DNA of 64,000 nucleotides from Scyliorhinus canicula. Its lineage: Eukaryota. Every line of letters starts with the position of its first letter. Within the stretch, counting starts at the first letter, position 1. Position numbers and translations under genes: made by a program. A model generated the notes under the pieces. That model saw nothing but the letters and a program-made list of their open reading frames with translations. It had not been told where the DNA came from and made no database searches. Below are positions 39,415-52,585 of the stretch, piece by piece. Location: contig NC_052161.1 of NCBI RefSeq assembly GCF_902713615.1, forward strand, positions 60,967,424 through 61,031,423, read 5' to 3'.

Positions 39415-40025
39415 AAACAAAATACTGCGGATTCTGGAATCTGAAACAAAAACACAGAATGCCGGAAAAACTCAGGTCAGGCAGCAGCTGTAGGGAGAGA
39501 AAAGAGAGTTAATGCTTCGAGTCCACTTCACTCTTCATCGGAACTAAAAGAAAGGGGAATGTGTTGGATAGTAAACTGTAGTCGGGAGAGATTGTAGCAA
39601 AGATGTCGAAAACATTAAGAATAAGAGACAGATGATCAGGTGTGGCAGGGAGTGGCGGGGGCAGGTTGGGGGGTGGGGGGGGCGCGGGGATAGGGTTTTT
39701 CCATTGAGACCAAAAGTGTATGAGATATAAAAACAGAGGGGGTTAAGATGGAGGAGAAATGTCACAGTCTAAAGTAGTTGAACTGAATATTGAGTCCTGA
39801 GGGCTGTAACGTTGTCATGGTGGCTTGAGGGCTGCTGCTACCATAAATGTTCAGGGTGTTGATGGGGACCTCAATGGATCTGTCTGTACGCTGCGTATCC
39901 TGAGTGAGATATTGAGATGACAAGGTTTATCTCCCTACAGCTGCTGCCAGATCTGCTGAGCTTTTCTGGTAATATCTGGGGGGGGTTTCAGATTCCAGCA
40001 TCCGCAGTATTTTACTTATGTTATT
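39415..40025. mobile_element. Penelope-like element remnant with inverted terminal copies
   Basis: aatactgcggattctggaatctgaaac...ggcagcagctgtagggaga recurs inverted at 39930-40015; hammerhead-like remnant at 39505-39545 (minus). Confidence 0.6.
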
Positions 40026-40819
40026 CTGGCAATATTCAGGAGGGTTTTCTCCAGGCATTATATGAAATTTATTGCTAGCAACAGCTACATACACAACTCT
40101 GCAGATCTTGATCCATACCAGGTCCGAACAATTAAATAGGTTGATTACTTGACTACGTATATGCCTGACTCATAAGGTATAAATATTGCGTTTTACTGAT
40201 ACAGAGTCACAGACAGTAAGGATCACAGATAATAGCGAACATCTAATGTGGAGGCTGCACTATCTATCCTCCAGCTTTACACATGGTGATGTCCCTGTAT
40301 TGACACTGTGCAGCTTCTTTGAGCTATATGCCATTGCCTACAACACCATACATACAATATCACAACAAACACTGTTGAAGTTATCCAGCCCATTATGTCT
40401 CATGCAGTGTTTCCTTTGCATTATAGACTACTCGATTTATCTCAATTGGCTGGAAAGCTGGCTCGTGATGCAGAGCAAGGCCAACCACATGGGTTCAATG
40501 CCCACACTGGCTGAGGTTATTCATGAAAAACTCCATATGGGTGGCACTGCTGCCACACAGTGCCAGAGACCTGGGTTCAATTCCGTGTGGGGTCTGTACT
40601 TTCTCCCCGTGTCTGCGTGCGTTTTCTCCAGATACTCAGGTTTCCTCCCACAGTCCAAAGATGTGAGGTTATGCGGATTTGCCATGCTAAAAATTGCCCC
40701 TTAGTGTCCAGTGATGTGCAGGTTCAGTGGGGTTACGGGGGTAGGGTGAGGGAGTGGCCGAGGTAGGATTCTCTTTCAGGAGGTCAGTGCACACTTGGTG
40801 GGCTTCCTCGATGGGAATG

Positions 40820-42439
40820 TGTGGTGAATGTATTCACCGAATGCATGAGCTGCCTGTATAATGATGTGATCTATTGTTACCTTTGACCTGGAAGTGGTGA
40901 TACAAGCTACTTCCAGGTACTGTACTGGAATGCCGGTGGGCTCCGCCTCTGGCTCCGCCCTCACCGGGGCCATATGTAGGCCAACCACCTGTGGGTGGCA
41001 CTCATTTGTACAGCCAACCCTGGCAGGCGTGTTCATGGTTAATAAAGCCTAATGTTCACTCACTCTCACGGTCTCACAGTGAACTGACGGTATAACAATT
41101 TATTAACCATCGACAGCACCATGGAAGCCGCTCTAAAGCCAGATAAGCTCGAACTCGACGCGCGCGGGTCAAAGGCCAAGGAGATCTTTGCACATTGGCT
41201 TTGCTGCTTCGAGGCCTACCTCGACTCCTCCACAATGCCTCCCACGGAAACCTGCAAGCTGCGACTCCTCCACGCTAGGGTGAGCCATCGAATCTCCGTG
41301 ATGATAGAGCAAGCTGCCACGTACGAGGCGGCGGTCGCACCCCTCGAGGCACATTTTGTGAAACCCGTAGCCGAGGTGTTCACCCGCCACCTTCTTACTA
41401 CTTGCCGCCAACGAGCCGGAGAATCGCTGGACGAGTACTGGAAATCCTGACTCTACTCGCGAGGAACTTCAGTTATCGGGATGTGACAGCGGAGGAACAC
41501 ATGAACCTACAGATTCAGGACACCTACGTGGCTGGGGTCCGATCGAATTACATCAGGCAGCACGTGCTGGAAAACGGGACCTCTGTTCTACGGGACACGG
41601 TAAAGCTAGCTACCTCATTAGAGGTGGCCTACCAGAGCCTCAGTGCATTCCCCGCGGGCCCAGTGAACACCTCGTGGACACAATCATCGCGGCCCCCGTC
41701 GGACCCGACTACGTCACAGGCCTGTGCCGCGCACCTGCCGGCCCAACCCGGGGAACCGCAGTGCTACTTCTGCGGCCAGGGTCAACACCCCCGACAGCGT
41801 TGCCCAGCCCGCATAGCAACGTGCAGCAACTGTGGGAAAAAGGGACACTTCGCTCGAGTCTGTCTGGGCCGACCTAAGGCCCAGAAATCAAAAACCCACC
41901 AGGCCCGACCCATGGACCCACAGACCTCGCAATGTGGTTACGTGCCTGCCCGGAACGCTCCCTTCAGATGCGTCATCAGCTCGTGTGACTCGTGGGGGCC
42001 GCCATCTTGGCCGCCTGCTCTGGCACCAACCGACACGTGCGACCAATGGGGGTGGCCATCTTGGACACCAACTTCGCCCCAGCCCGACACGTGCGACTCA
42101 TGGGGGCCGCCATCTAGTGATACCACCGACCACACAGGCTACCCACAGTTTGGGGCAGTCACCCTTGACCAGTCGCAGCCAGAGCATCTGAAAAAGTCAA
42201 TGATGGTCGTCCGGGTCAACGGGCACGAGACCCCCTGACTTTTCGACTTCGGGAGCACGGAGAGCTTTGTCCACCCTGGCATGGTAAGGCGCCGCTCCCT
42301 CAATACCTACCCTGCATCACAAACAATCTCCCTTTCCTCCGGTTCCCATTCGGTCCAGATCCGGGTGTACTGTATCGCTAATCACACGATGCAGGGTGCA
42401 GTGTACACTCGTTTTAAGCTCTATGTCCCCGACCTCTGC

Positions 42440-42470
<31 letters not shown>

Positions 42471-45117
42471 CTGCTCGGATTAGATTTCCAATGTAATCAC
42501 CGAAGCCCGACCCCCGCCCCCTCACGGTATGCAGCCTCGCGACCCTCAAGGTCCCCCCCCCCCCCCCCCTTCGCTCTTCGCGAACCTCACTCCCGACTGT
42601 AAGCCCATCGCCACCAGGAGCAGTCGGTACAGTTCCCTTGACATGACTTTTATCAAGTCGGAGGTCCAGCGACTGTTGAGTGAAGGGATTATCGAGGCCA
42701 GCAACAGCCCCTGGAGAGCGCAAGTGTTGGTCGTCCAGACCGGGGAAAAGAACCGGATGGTTGTGGACTATGAAGCAGCCGGCCAACTCTTCCACTTCCT
42801 CAGGGTCCCCTTCGGTGTCACTAACGGGGTCTCGGTCTTTCAGAGAACGATGGACCGAATGGTGGACCAGTACGGTTTGCGGGCTACATACCCGTACCTG
42901 GACAATGTCACCATCTGCAGCCATGATCAGCAGGACCATGACGCCAACCTTCAGAGGTTCCTCCAGGCCGCCCAATCCCTCAGCATCACGTATAACAAAG
43001 AGAAATGCGTTTTCCGCACAACCCGACTGGCCATCCTCGGCTACATCGTGGAGAACGGAATCCGAGGGCCTGACCCTGACCGTATGCACCTCCTCACGGA
43101 ACTCCCTCCTCCCCACAGCCTCAAGGCCCTCAAATGATGCCTGGATCTGTTCTCCTACTATGCCCAGTGGGTCCCCAACTATGCGGACAAAGCTCGCCCA
43201 CTTATTCAAACCACCACTTTTCCCCTGACGGATGAGGCCCGCTCGGCCTTCAGCCGCATGAAGGCCAACATCACCAAGGCCACAATGCAAGCGATAGACG
43301 AGTCCGTCCCCTTTCAGGTAGACAGCAATGCATCAGGCGTCGCACTGGCCGCCACACTCAACCAGGTGGGCAGGCCAGTAGCATTCTTCTCTAGAACCCT
43401 CCACGCTTACGAAATCCGACACTCCTCGGTCGAGAAGGAAGCACTAGCCATAGTGGAAGCCGTGCAGCACTGGAGGTACTACCTAGCCGGTAGGAGGTTC
43501 ACCCTCGTCACCGACCAGCGGTCGGTCGCCTTCATGTTTGGCAAAGCACAACGGGGCAAAAGAAAAAATTGACAAAATCTTGAGGTGGGGGATCGAACTC
43601 TCCGCCTACAATTACGATATTAAGTATCGTCCTGGGAAGCTGAATGAGCCCCCAGATGCCCTGTCTCATGGCACATACGCCAGCGTGCAAGATGACCAAC
43701 TTCGGGCTATCTACGATGACCTCTGTCACCTGGGGGTCACCCGGCTTACCCACTTCATTAAGGCCCGCAACCTGCCCTTCTCCACTGAGGATGTCAAGGC
43801 AATTACCAGGGACTGCCAGGTCTACGCGGAGTGCAAACCGCACTTCTACTGGCACTTTCAGCGCCTAAGTATCGACTTCAAAAGGCCCCTCCCCTCCACC
43901 AATTGTAATATATACTTTCTAACCGTCGTCGACGCGAACTCCCGCTTCCCTTTCGCTGTCCCCAGCCCTGACATGACCTTGGCCACCGTAATAAAGGCAC
44001 TGCACAGCATCTTCGGTTTCCCTGCCTATGCCCACAGTGACTGGTGCTCATCGTTCATGAGCAATGAGCTGCGTCAGTGCCTGCTCAGCAAAGGCATCAC
44101 CTCGAGTAGGACTATGAGCAATGACCCGCAGGGAAACGGGCAGTTGGAGAGGGAGAACGCGACGGTATGGAAGGCCGTCCTACTGGCCCTCAGGTCTAGA
44201 AGTCTCCCGACCCGCCGCTGGCAGCAGGTCCTCCCCAACGCCCTCCACTGCATTAGATCACTCCTCTGCACAGCCACGAACGAGACCCCTCACGACCGTT
44301 TGTTTGTCTTCCCCAGGAAGTTCATCTTTGGGGTCTCGCTTCTATCTTGGCTGACGACTCCGGGACCTGTCCTTCTCCAGAGGCATATGAGGAGCCATAA
44401 GACTGACCCCCTGGTCGAGAGGGTCCAGCTGCTGCACGCCAACCCCCAGTAGGCCTACATTATGCACCAGAATGGACGACAGGATACGGTCTCCCTACGA
44501 GACCTGGTGCCAGCTGGTTCCCCTGTCAACGCGTTCCCCTACCCGCAGCCTACCATCACCCCCAGCACCCAGCACCCCTTACGCCACCCTGGGTCGCCTG
44601 TATTGTTCCGCACCGGCACTGCCACCACCCCCCTGCCTATCCCCAACCCCCCAACCGTCTCCGACAGGCCAGACTGAGGCTCAATCTCCAGACACAACGC
44701 CCCTGGAGTCACCACCTGCAATAACCATTCCCGCTGCATCGCCAGAGCTGCGGAGGTCCAAAAGAAAGATCCGGCCTCCAGACAGGAGTATTTAATGACC
44801 CACGTCACCCCTGCTGGACTTGATTTTTTTAATAGGGGGTGAATGTGGTGAATGTATTCACCTAATGCATCAGCTGCCTGTATAATGATGTGACCTATTG
44901 TGACCTATGACCTGAAGTGATGCGAACTACTTCTAGGTACTGTACTGGAATCCTGGTGGGCTCCGCCTCTGACACCACCCTCACCGGGGCCAGATATAGG
45001 CCGGCCACCTGTGGGTGGTACTCATTTGTACAGCCGACTCTGGCAGGCGAGTTCATGGTTAATAAAGCCTAATGTTCACTCACTCTCACAGTCTCACAGT
45101 GAATTTACGGCATGACA
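40820..45117 (+). mobile_element. Gypsy (Mag-like) LTR retrotransposon, both LTRs present, decayed gag-pol
   Basis: LTRs 40820-41097 and 44844-45117 (TG...CA), TSD GAATG, PPT at 44831-44843. Gag with double CCHC (CYFC..H..CPA..CSNCGKKGH), RT YLDN with an internal deletion after RMVVDY, RNase H EKEALAIV, integrase region. Confidence 0.95.
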
Positions 45118-45439
45118 GAATGGCTTCCTTCTGCACTGTAGGAATTCTGTGATTCTATGAAGGCCCCGCATCTGAACCTTGCTCCTTGCCTGAGGTGTGG
45201 TGATCCTCAGATTAAATCACCAGCAGCCAGCTCTCCCACTCAAAGGGAAAAATAGCCTGTGGTCATCAGGAACTATGGCAACTTTACTTTGCTTTTTCAA
45301 CCACAAACCTGATCAGAAATAATAACTGAAAGTGCCCAATAACCATAGAGCTGTGCAAAGCCAGTAATACTGCACTATGAAGGCTGGGGGCAATATTCCC
45401 AACTTTTCGGAGTTGATCTTAGTCATCACTGCCCTTCTT

Positions 45440-45760
45440 TAATAATAATAATAATAATCTTTATTAGTGGCACAAGTAGGCTTACATTAACACTGCAATG
45501 AAGTTACCATGACAAGCCCCTGGTCACCACATTCCGGCACCTGTTCGGGTAAACAGAGGGAGAATTCAGAATGTCCAATTCACCTAACAAGCACGTCTTT
45601 CAAGACTTGTAGGCAGAAACTGGAGCACCTGGAAGAAATCCACGCAGACACAGAGAGAACGTGCAGACTCCACACAGACAGTGACCCAAGCTGCGAATCG
45701 AATCCTGGTCCCTGACGGTGTGAAGCAACAATGCTAACCACTGTACCACCATCCTGCCAT
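45440..45760 (-). mobile_element. tRNA-derived SINE; further SINEs at ~36618-36832, ~37795-37992, ~47578-47903, ~54425-54645
   Basis: tRNA-like head and shared bodies/tails. Confidence 0.8.
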
Positions 45761-45769
45761 CCGTGAACT

Positions 45770-46200
45770 TGCATGTCTCAACTCTGACTCAGCAGGTTAG
45801 CAGCTCAATCCCCAACCCGTAGACCTGGTCAAATAATTGAGTCTGGCACTGCTGTGCCGCACTGAGGGAGGTGCTCTATGGTTGGAGGCACCTTTGGATT
45901 AGTCAATCAAACAAGGCTCCCTCTAACCGCTTCAGAGAATGTAAAGGATCCTATGGTGATATTGGAATTAGAGCAGATGAGTTATTTCCGTTGTCTTGGC
46001 AAGTATTTATCCCTTCACCAACATCACTAAAATAGATTACCTGGTCATCATCACATTGTGCAGCTTGTTATGTGCAAACTGTCACCTGCGCTTCCCACAA
46101 CACGACAGTGGCAAAGCCTTGGAAACACACTTTACTGCCTGTAAAACTCTTTGGATGTTCTGAGATTGGGCAGCATGTGATATCATTACAAGTCTATCTT
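45770..46200 (+). mobile_element. Old Deu-domain SINE (SacSINE1/AmnSINE1-like)
   Basis: gtaaaggatcctatgg...gagcag...tgtcttggcaagtatttatcccttcaccaacatcact...agattacctggtcatcatcacattg resembles the Deu core as recalled. Confidence 0.7.
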
Positions 46201-47180
46201 TTTATCTAATTGTTAATATCCTCAATCACAATCAGACATAGACCAGGAGATTAGGAACAAGACACTTTGGGCTTTGACTCTCCAATCCTGCGGTTATGTC
46301 GCAGGATCCGCCTCGTCTGATGACCAGAAATATGGCAGCGCCCCCACACGGATCCTCTGTCCGGTAGGGGGCTAGCAGCCGTGCAGCGTATAGCCCCCGG
46401 CTTTACCTGCAGATACGGCCGGGAAATGGCCGGTTCCGTGGCCGCACATGTGCACAATGGCGGCCTGCGGCAGCCGTGCCGTGCAACATGGCACCAGCTG
46501 CACACGGACCCAGCTTGCCAAAAACTGCCCCCCCTATAACCAGCCTCGCCAGGCCTGGATCCCCAGCCCCTCCCACCTCGCCACCAGTCCCCCCCAGTCC
46601 CCGCCAAATCCCCATCCTGCCAACAGAATAGTTCCCCTCCCCACCCCCTCCAGCAGAATAGTTCCCCTCCCCACCCCCTCTCGACTATGGCGGCGCTGGG
46701 CTCAGTACGCTGCCACCAGGTGAGGTCTCCGAATGGAGCGAATCCGTTGGGGGCTCGACCCTTCGGGGGAGGAGCTTCGGGGGATGACCTCAGTTGGCGT
46801 CCTGAGGCCGTCCATACGGTGTGCGGTGTACTCCCAGAGTATGCCATTTTTCAGGGGGCGGAGCTTCGCAAATACCGGACCACCCCGCTTCCAGCGTACA
46901 TGGGGATTCTCCAGCCTATCGCTGAACCCGGTTTCGGAGTCGGTGATAGGAGAATCCCGCCTCACGTATTTTAAAAGGGTTTCACAGATTAATAATATTT
47001 ACTGTTGCTTATAGCACTTGCTAATGAAGAGAGGGTGATTAGAAGTCTATCTTTTTATCTAATTGTTAATATCCTCAAACACTATCAAACATAAATCAGG
47101 AGATTAGGAACAAAAGGTATTTGTTTTCAGATGAATAATATTTACTGTGTTTATAGCAATTGCTAATGAAGAGTGGGTGC
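46190..47180. repeat. ~140-bp tandem duplication whose first copy is split by a MITE
   Basis: 46190-46260 matches 47043-47112, and 46980-47037 matches 47125-47180. Confidence 0.8.
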
Positions 47181-49335
47181 AAGATAAGGAGACTAAAACA
47201 GCAGAACAGTCACTGGAGCAGAGAGCAGGACTCTCCGGCAGCAGAGTCTTGGAAACAGGCAACAGTAACTGCCACTTCTTGGGCTTTTGGCGAAGATCAC
47301 ACATTGGATCAAGTGGGAGATCAGGTGCAATGTCTGTCCTGGTCGGTGTGGATCTAGTCTGTCCCTTTCTGGGGGAACATGGACTGAATCTGAATTCATT
47401 TTAGGAGCAATCATGGTGATGGATCAGGGACTTGCCCCATGTAGTCTGCACAATGGCTTTGTAACTCTAAAAGAACAGGAACCCGAAAGGTTTTCAACAC
47501 CAGCATCTGCTGACCAGCTGAGTGACTCTGGAGCCAAATTCAGATTCAAGATGGTCAATTGAATCCTGCAGTCTAATGTAGAATCATATAATCATAGAAT
47601 TTACAGTTTAGAAGGCGGCCGTTCGGTCCATCGAGTCCACACCGGCCCTTGAAAGAACACCCTACTTAAGCCCACATCTCCACCCTATCCCCGTTACCAA
47701 TATCCCCGCAACCTTTGGACACTAAGGGGCAATTTAGTGTTGCTAACCCACCAACCTGCACATCTTTGGACTGTGGGAGGAAACCGGAGCACCCGCGCAG
47801 ACACGGGGAGAAAGTGCAAACTCCACAGATAGTCACCTGAGGTCAAAATTGAACCCATGTTCTTTTTGCTGTGTGGCAATAGTGCTAACCACTGTGACGC
47901 CCCGATGTATTCTCCGTTTCTCTGGGAATTACAGTGCTGACTGATTTTGTCAGTTCATCAAGATCAGCTGCCCACAGTTTAATAATGAATAATTAGTTAA
48001 TAATTCCAGATAGCCGTGATCCATAATATCTGTCTGCGGTTATTTACAGAATGCTTGATTCCACATTGTGAGAGTTTAAAATTGAAGTTTATCTTTGTAT
48101 TTTCTGTAAAATCTGCTGGGAAAATAAGACTTACTGTACTTAAAATATTGCCTGATACAATAGCCGGGATTAACCGGCCTCGTCACGCCCGACTTGGTGA
48201 CACGATAAAACCATTGAATCTCGCAGTACGCCTCTGGCGAGATTCGCGATGATTGAGACGTCTCCCAAGATTCAACCGACCCTCACAAGACGGCATGATC
48301 TGGATCGCGCCTTCGCTGGGCGTGATCCAGATCAGCATATTTAAATGAGTCATTAGACTCATTTCAATATGTTTGCGCCAATTCTCCCGGCACCCGGGAC
48401 TGCCTTGACCGGACGCTGTTTAGTACTGGTCCACACAAGTGTGGATTACTCATAACAACACCTGAGGGGTCTCCCAGGCCATTGGAGACCACTAGGTGGT
48501 CAGGCTCTGGGCAACATGGTAACCTGGCTCTCATGCTGGAAACTGGGCAACTTGGCATTGCCAGCCGGACACCTGGCAGTGGCACTGCCTGGGTGGCACT
48601 GCCAGTTTGGCAGGGGCATTGCCACAGTGCAAGGCTGGTCATGCCAAGGTTCCACAGTGCCAGGTTGCCTGTGCCAGTGGTCAGCCTGGGGTGCCATGCC
48701 CTTCAGAGGCGACATGGGCTTAAGTGAGGTGCTCCTTCCAAGAGCCAGCGTAGACTCGATGGGCTGAACGGCTTCCTTCTGCACTGTAAATTCTATAAAA
48801 CAGGATGAGGGGTTCTCGAGGACCCCGTGGGGGGTGGGACATTGAGGGGGGGGAACCATGGTGGGGTTGCTGAGGAGAGTCGAAAGATCGGGGCTCCCTT
48901 TAAAAATGGCCCTCCGATCCGTGAGTAGTCTTCCTGCATTGGGTCAGTGCCAGAAGTGACTAAAGTGCAGTCTCAATGGGACGTTCCTAACTGAGGCCAA
49001 AAAAACAGGCAAAGTGTTGTTGAATAGGGGAGTGTTTCCCGCCACTGCAGCCACTGAGGAACATCCTGCTGAACCCGCCCGAAAGCAGACTCTGTTTATC
49101 TCATTGAATTGCAACCAATATTATAAATAGATCTGCCTTTTGTGTCTAATTTGTTCTGACAATCACTCGTCTCGGTGTGACAGTATATACATATCTGTAT
49201 GACTCACTGAGACAAATAATCCCACTCTCCTGTTTCGACTCTCGTGTAATTTAAACTATTGTATTTCAGAAAACAAGCTCCTTGTCCGCTGGTCAACGCC
49301 TAATCGTTTAACACACAGAATGTAAATAAATTTAC

Positions 49336-49340
49336 CTCAT
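49336..49340 (-). CDS. IFIT: IFIT-type coding exon 1 (ATG AG | GTAAAT); partner exon either IFIT-B or the destroyed 34.5-kb gene
   Basis: cagcgttATGAGgtaaat; flanks are homologous to the IFIT-A exon-1 region (aaaacaagctccttg, tgagaat.gaaactgaaac). Confidence 0.75.
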
Positions 49341-49456
49341 AACGCTGCTCGAAAGCCAAATTACTTCTTAAACTTTAGCTGCACCGGCGAGTTGTCGATG
49401 AAAATTGCTTGATGTGTTCTCATTTCCAGGTTAATTATACCACGAGTCTGAGAATA

Positions 49457-49467
49457 GAAACTGAAAC
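49457..49467 (-). promoter_or_regulatory. ISRE upstream of the 49340 exon 1
   Basis: GAAACTGAAAC 117 bp upstream of the ATG, in the same context as 6093-6104. Confidence 0.8.
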
Positions 49468-50829
49468 AGTTACGTAAATCCTAACCATCACTCCAGGGAT
49501 TGTGGTGCCAAAACAAAAGTTGTTTATAATTTCCCAGATTTCCATTGATCCATAGACCTGCCACAAACACAGAAACAATCAACAAGCCCAACCTGTTTGA
49601 TTAATCTCACCTATTCCTGTTTGCAATATTCCCCATATTCTCACAAGGAATCCACTGGCAGGAGATGCTTCAATGACTTTTCCAGGATAAATTGATCCCG
49701 GTGTCGGTAACACCAACATCTGGAAATTCTAGTCAGGCTGCTCAGCCACAGTCGCTCCTCTCTGTGCCATACCTCCTCTTTCTCTCCCTCATCAACCACT
49801 ACGCCGGTGTCACAATTTTAATAATCACAAGTAAACCGCGCGATCAGGAACTCAGCCCATCGGTGGAGGAGAATCGCAGAGGCCCTGGAGAATACCGGGT
49901 CTGGCCTGCTAATGATATCTAAATGGTGCTTACTGGTACATATTGGCGGCACTGAAGAGGTGTTGGAGAATTGCGATTTGGCATCAATTTGCCACTTGCC
50001 GCCATTTTGGCATCGGAACTAATTCTCCGCCCAATCGCGTTTTGCAATTTCGGCGCCGGCCAACGGAGAATCACGCCCTTAGTCTTTTGACCCGAAACCT
50101 TGGCTTGTATTGTAACATGACTATTCTGTCTCAAGATGGAATTGCTTGTCAGTGTTGAACTTCACAACCCATGTGATTAGCTTGAAGTTCATTAAATAAA
50201 TCCTAAATTAACCTGAGGAAAACTGAAATTTTATTTCACAAATGTTATTACAACACTAGAACAATTTATTAAATTTAATTAATTATAATAAGAGCAATTA
50301 AAACATAATTATTTGTGCCGTCTGAAAGAGCAGTTAACTGATTGGGAATGGACTGACAGTTAAAAGGATCTGTTTAGCCAGGGATAATTGAATACTCTGA
50401 GGTACTCAGTTCTTCGCATCATACACATGTATCAATTGTATTCAATAAAATGGAGCAGAATATCTTTCTCTGTAATTCCTGACCGGGGAAATGTTTTTGT
50501 GCAAAATACAAGCAAGTGAAATGTGAGTATCTGCAGTGGTGCCTATATTGCAAGTGTTCAGTACCAGTGCTCCAGCAGCTGAAATGGGTTCCTCTGAGGA
50601 ACCCAGCGGCAAAGATCCCAAGTTTCCAGTTCTTCACATGATGTCCCCGGAAAAGAGAAGAAAGAGGTTTGAGTCTGAGAGATTAATTCTGTTAGACTGC
50701 AGCAACACGTTACCAATCTTGCCATTTCCAATGCTGAGCTTGGCAGTGATGCCATCTCCCTCCAGTGCCAGTCCCGTGATCAGTGGGGATTCGACTCTGG
50801 GCCTCGCCCTCTCTGAATGGAATGATTAG

Positions 50830-52585
50830 CAGAAATTTGAAGGGGTGCTAGAAGCTATATTATAGTCGGATAGTCCAACTAGAGAGGTAGCTATACTGGA
50901 CCTAGGACTAGGGAACGAGCCCGGCCAGGTAATCAAAGTTACAGCGGGGGAACATGTGGCAAACAATGACCGCTTTTGGATACTCATGGAAAAAGATGAG
51001 TTTTGTCCTAGGGTTTAGGTGCTAAATTGGGGTAAATTGGGCTAATTGCAACCAGATTAGACAGGATTTGGAGGCTGTTGTTTGGGAGAGGCTGTTTGAG
51101 GGTAAATCCACATTTGGCATGTGGGAGTCTTTTAAGGAGCAGTTGATGGGAGTGCAGGACAGGCATGTGCCGGTAAAAAGGAAGGACAGGAAAGGAAGGA
51201 TTCAGGAACCTTGGATGACCAGGGAAATTGTGAGTCCAGTCAAAAAGAAAAAAGATGCACACGAGAGGTACAGGGAACTATAAGCAGATGAAGCACTTGA
51301 AGAATGCATGGAAAGTAGAAATGAGCTCAAGTAGGGAGTTAAGAGGACAAAAAGGGGTCAGAAAATGTCCTTGGTAGACAGGATTAAAGAGAATCCCAAG
51401 GCATTTCATACGTGTATTAGGAACAAGAGGGTAGCGAGAGAAAGAATTGGTCCACTCAAGGACAAATGAGGGAAATTATGTGAAGAACCAAAGGTAGTAG
51501 GTGAGATCCTTCATGAGTATTTTGCATGGGTATTCACAAAGGAGAGGACAGGTTGATTGTGGTGTCTCAGAGCGATGTGTCAACACTTTAGAACAGGTCA
51601 TTATTACAAGGAAGGAAATGTTAGGGGTGTTAAAAAGCATTAAGGTAAGCATATCCACAGGGCAAGATGTCATCGAGCCCACATTACTGAGGGAGACAAG
51701 AAATAAAATTGCTGGGCCTCGAACAGAAATCTTTGTGCCCTTGTTGGCACATGGCCACCCTTGAGATCCCAGAGGATTGGGGGTAGCCAATGTTGTACCG
51801 TTATTTAAGAAGGGTAGCATTGATAACCCAGGTGAGCTTGATGTCATTGAGAGTGAAATTGTTGGAAAAGATTCTCAGAGATAGGGACCGGGGTTTGCCC
51901 TTTTGGGGACTAAGTTCCCACGCCCGCCGGAAAATGGCCGGAAAATGGCAAAAATCACTCTAGACTTTTTCCTCGACAGTCCAGGGCGATTCCCCATTTT
52001 CCAGGGGGCTATCAGGCCCCAGCAGCATCCCTCAGCTCTAGCTGCCAGCGCGGCCCTGCAGTCCAGACCGCACGGACGCACACGCACACAGTGGCCGCAA
52101 GTGGGTCCGTGTCTGAGCACGGCGGCCCACTTTGGCGTGGTCGTCGCCGACACGGCGGACCCACACAGCGGGCCTGTGGGGAGAAAGGTAGGTCCTCCCC
52201 AGATGGCCTGCCAATCGGTGGCCTAGCGACCGCTGAGGCCTCCCCGGAGTCAGATTAATCCTGCCCCCCCCCCCCATCCCCACACCCCAACCAGGACCGC
52301 CACTGTGGTTGCGGGTCCGATCTCCCGCCGGGTGGTACCAGATGTGAACCACACTGGCAGGAACTCGGTCGATCGACAGTGTGGAATCTGCGCTGGGGCC
52401 CCACAGTCCCCGACCGGAGACATGTTGGCCTCGTGCGCGCAAATGGCGGGTCTTCAGAGAATTGCGGAAGCGCCGTGGTGCTGGATTTCCGGCGTGAACG
52501 GCTATTCTCCTCCAGGCACGATTCTGGCACGGAGCGTCGAAGAATCCCGCCCAGGATCTATGCACATTTGGAAGTGAATGGTCTT
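50830..52585 (+). mobile_element. Degenerate CR1 ORF2 fragment split by a MITE (~51885-52552)
   Basis: Colinear with CR1 21060-22310 (FEGKSTFGMWESFKE, EPWMT, KENPKAF). Confidence 0.85.
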
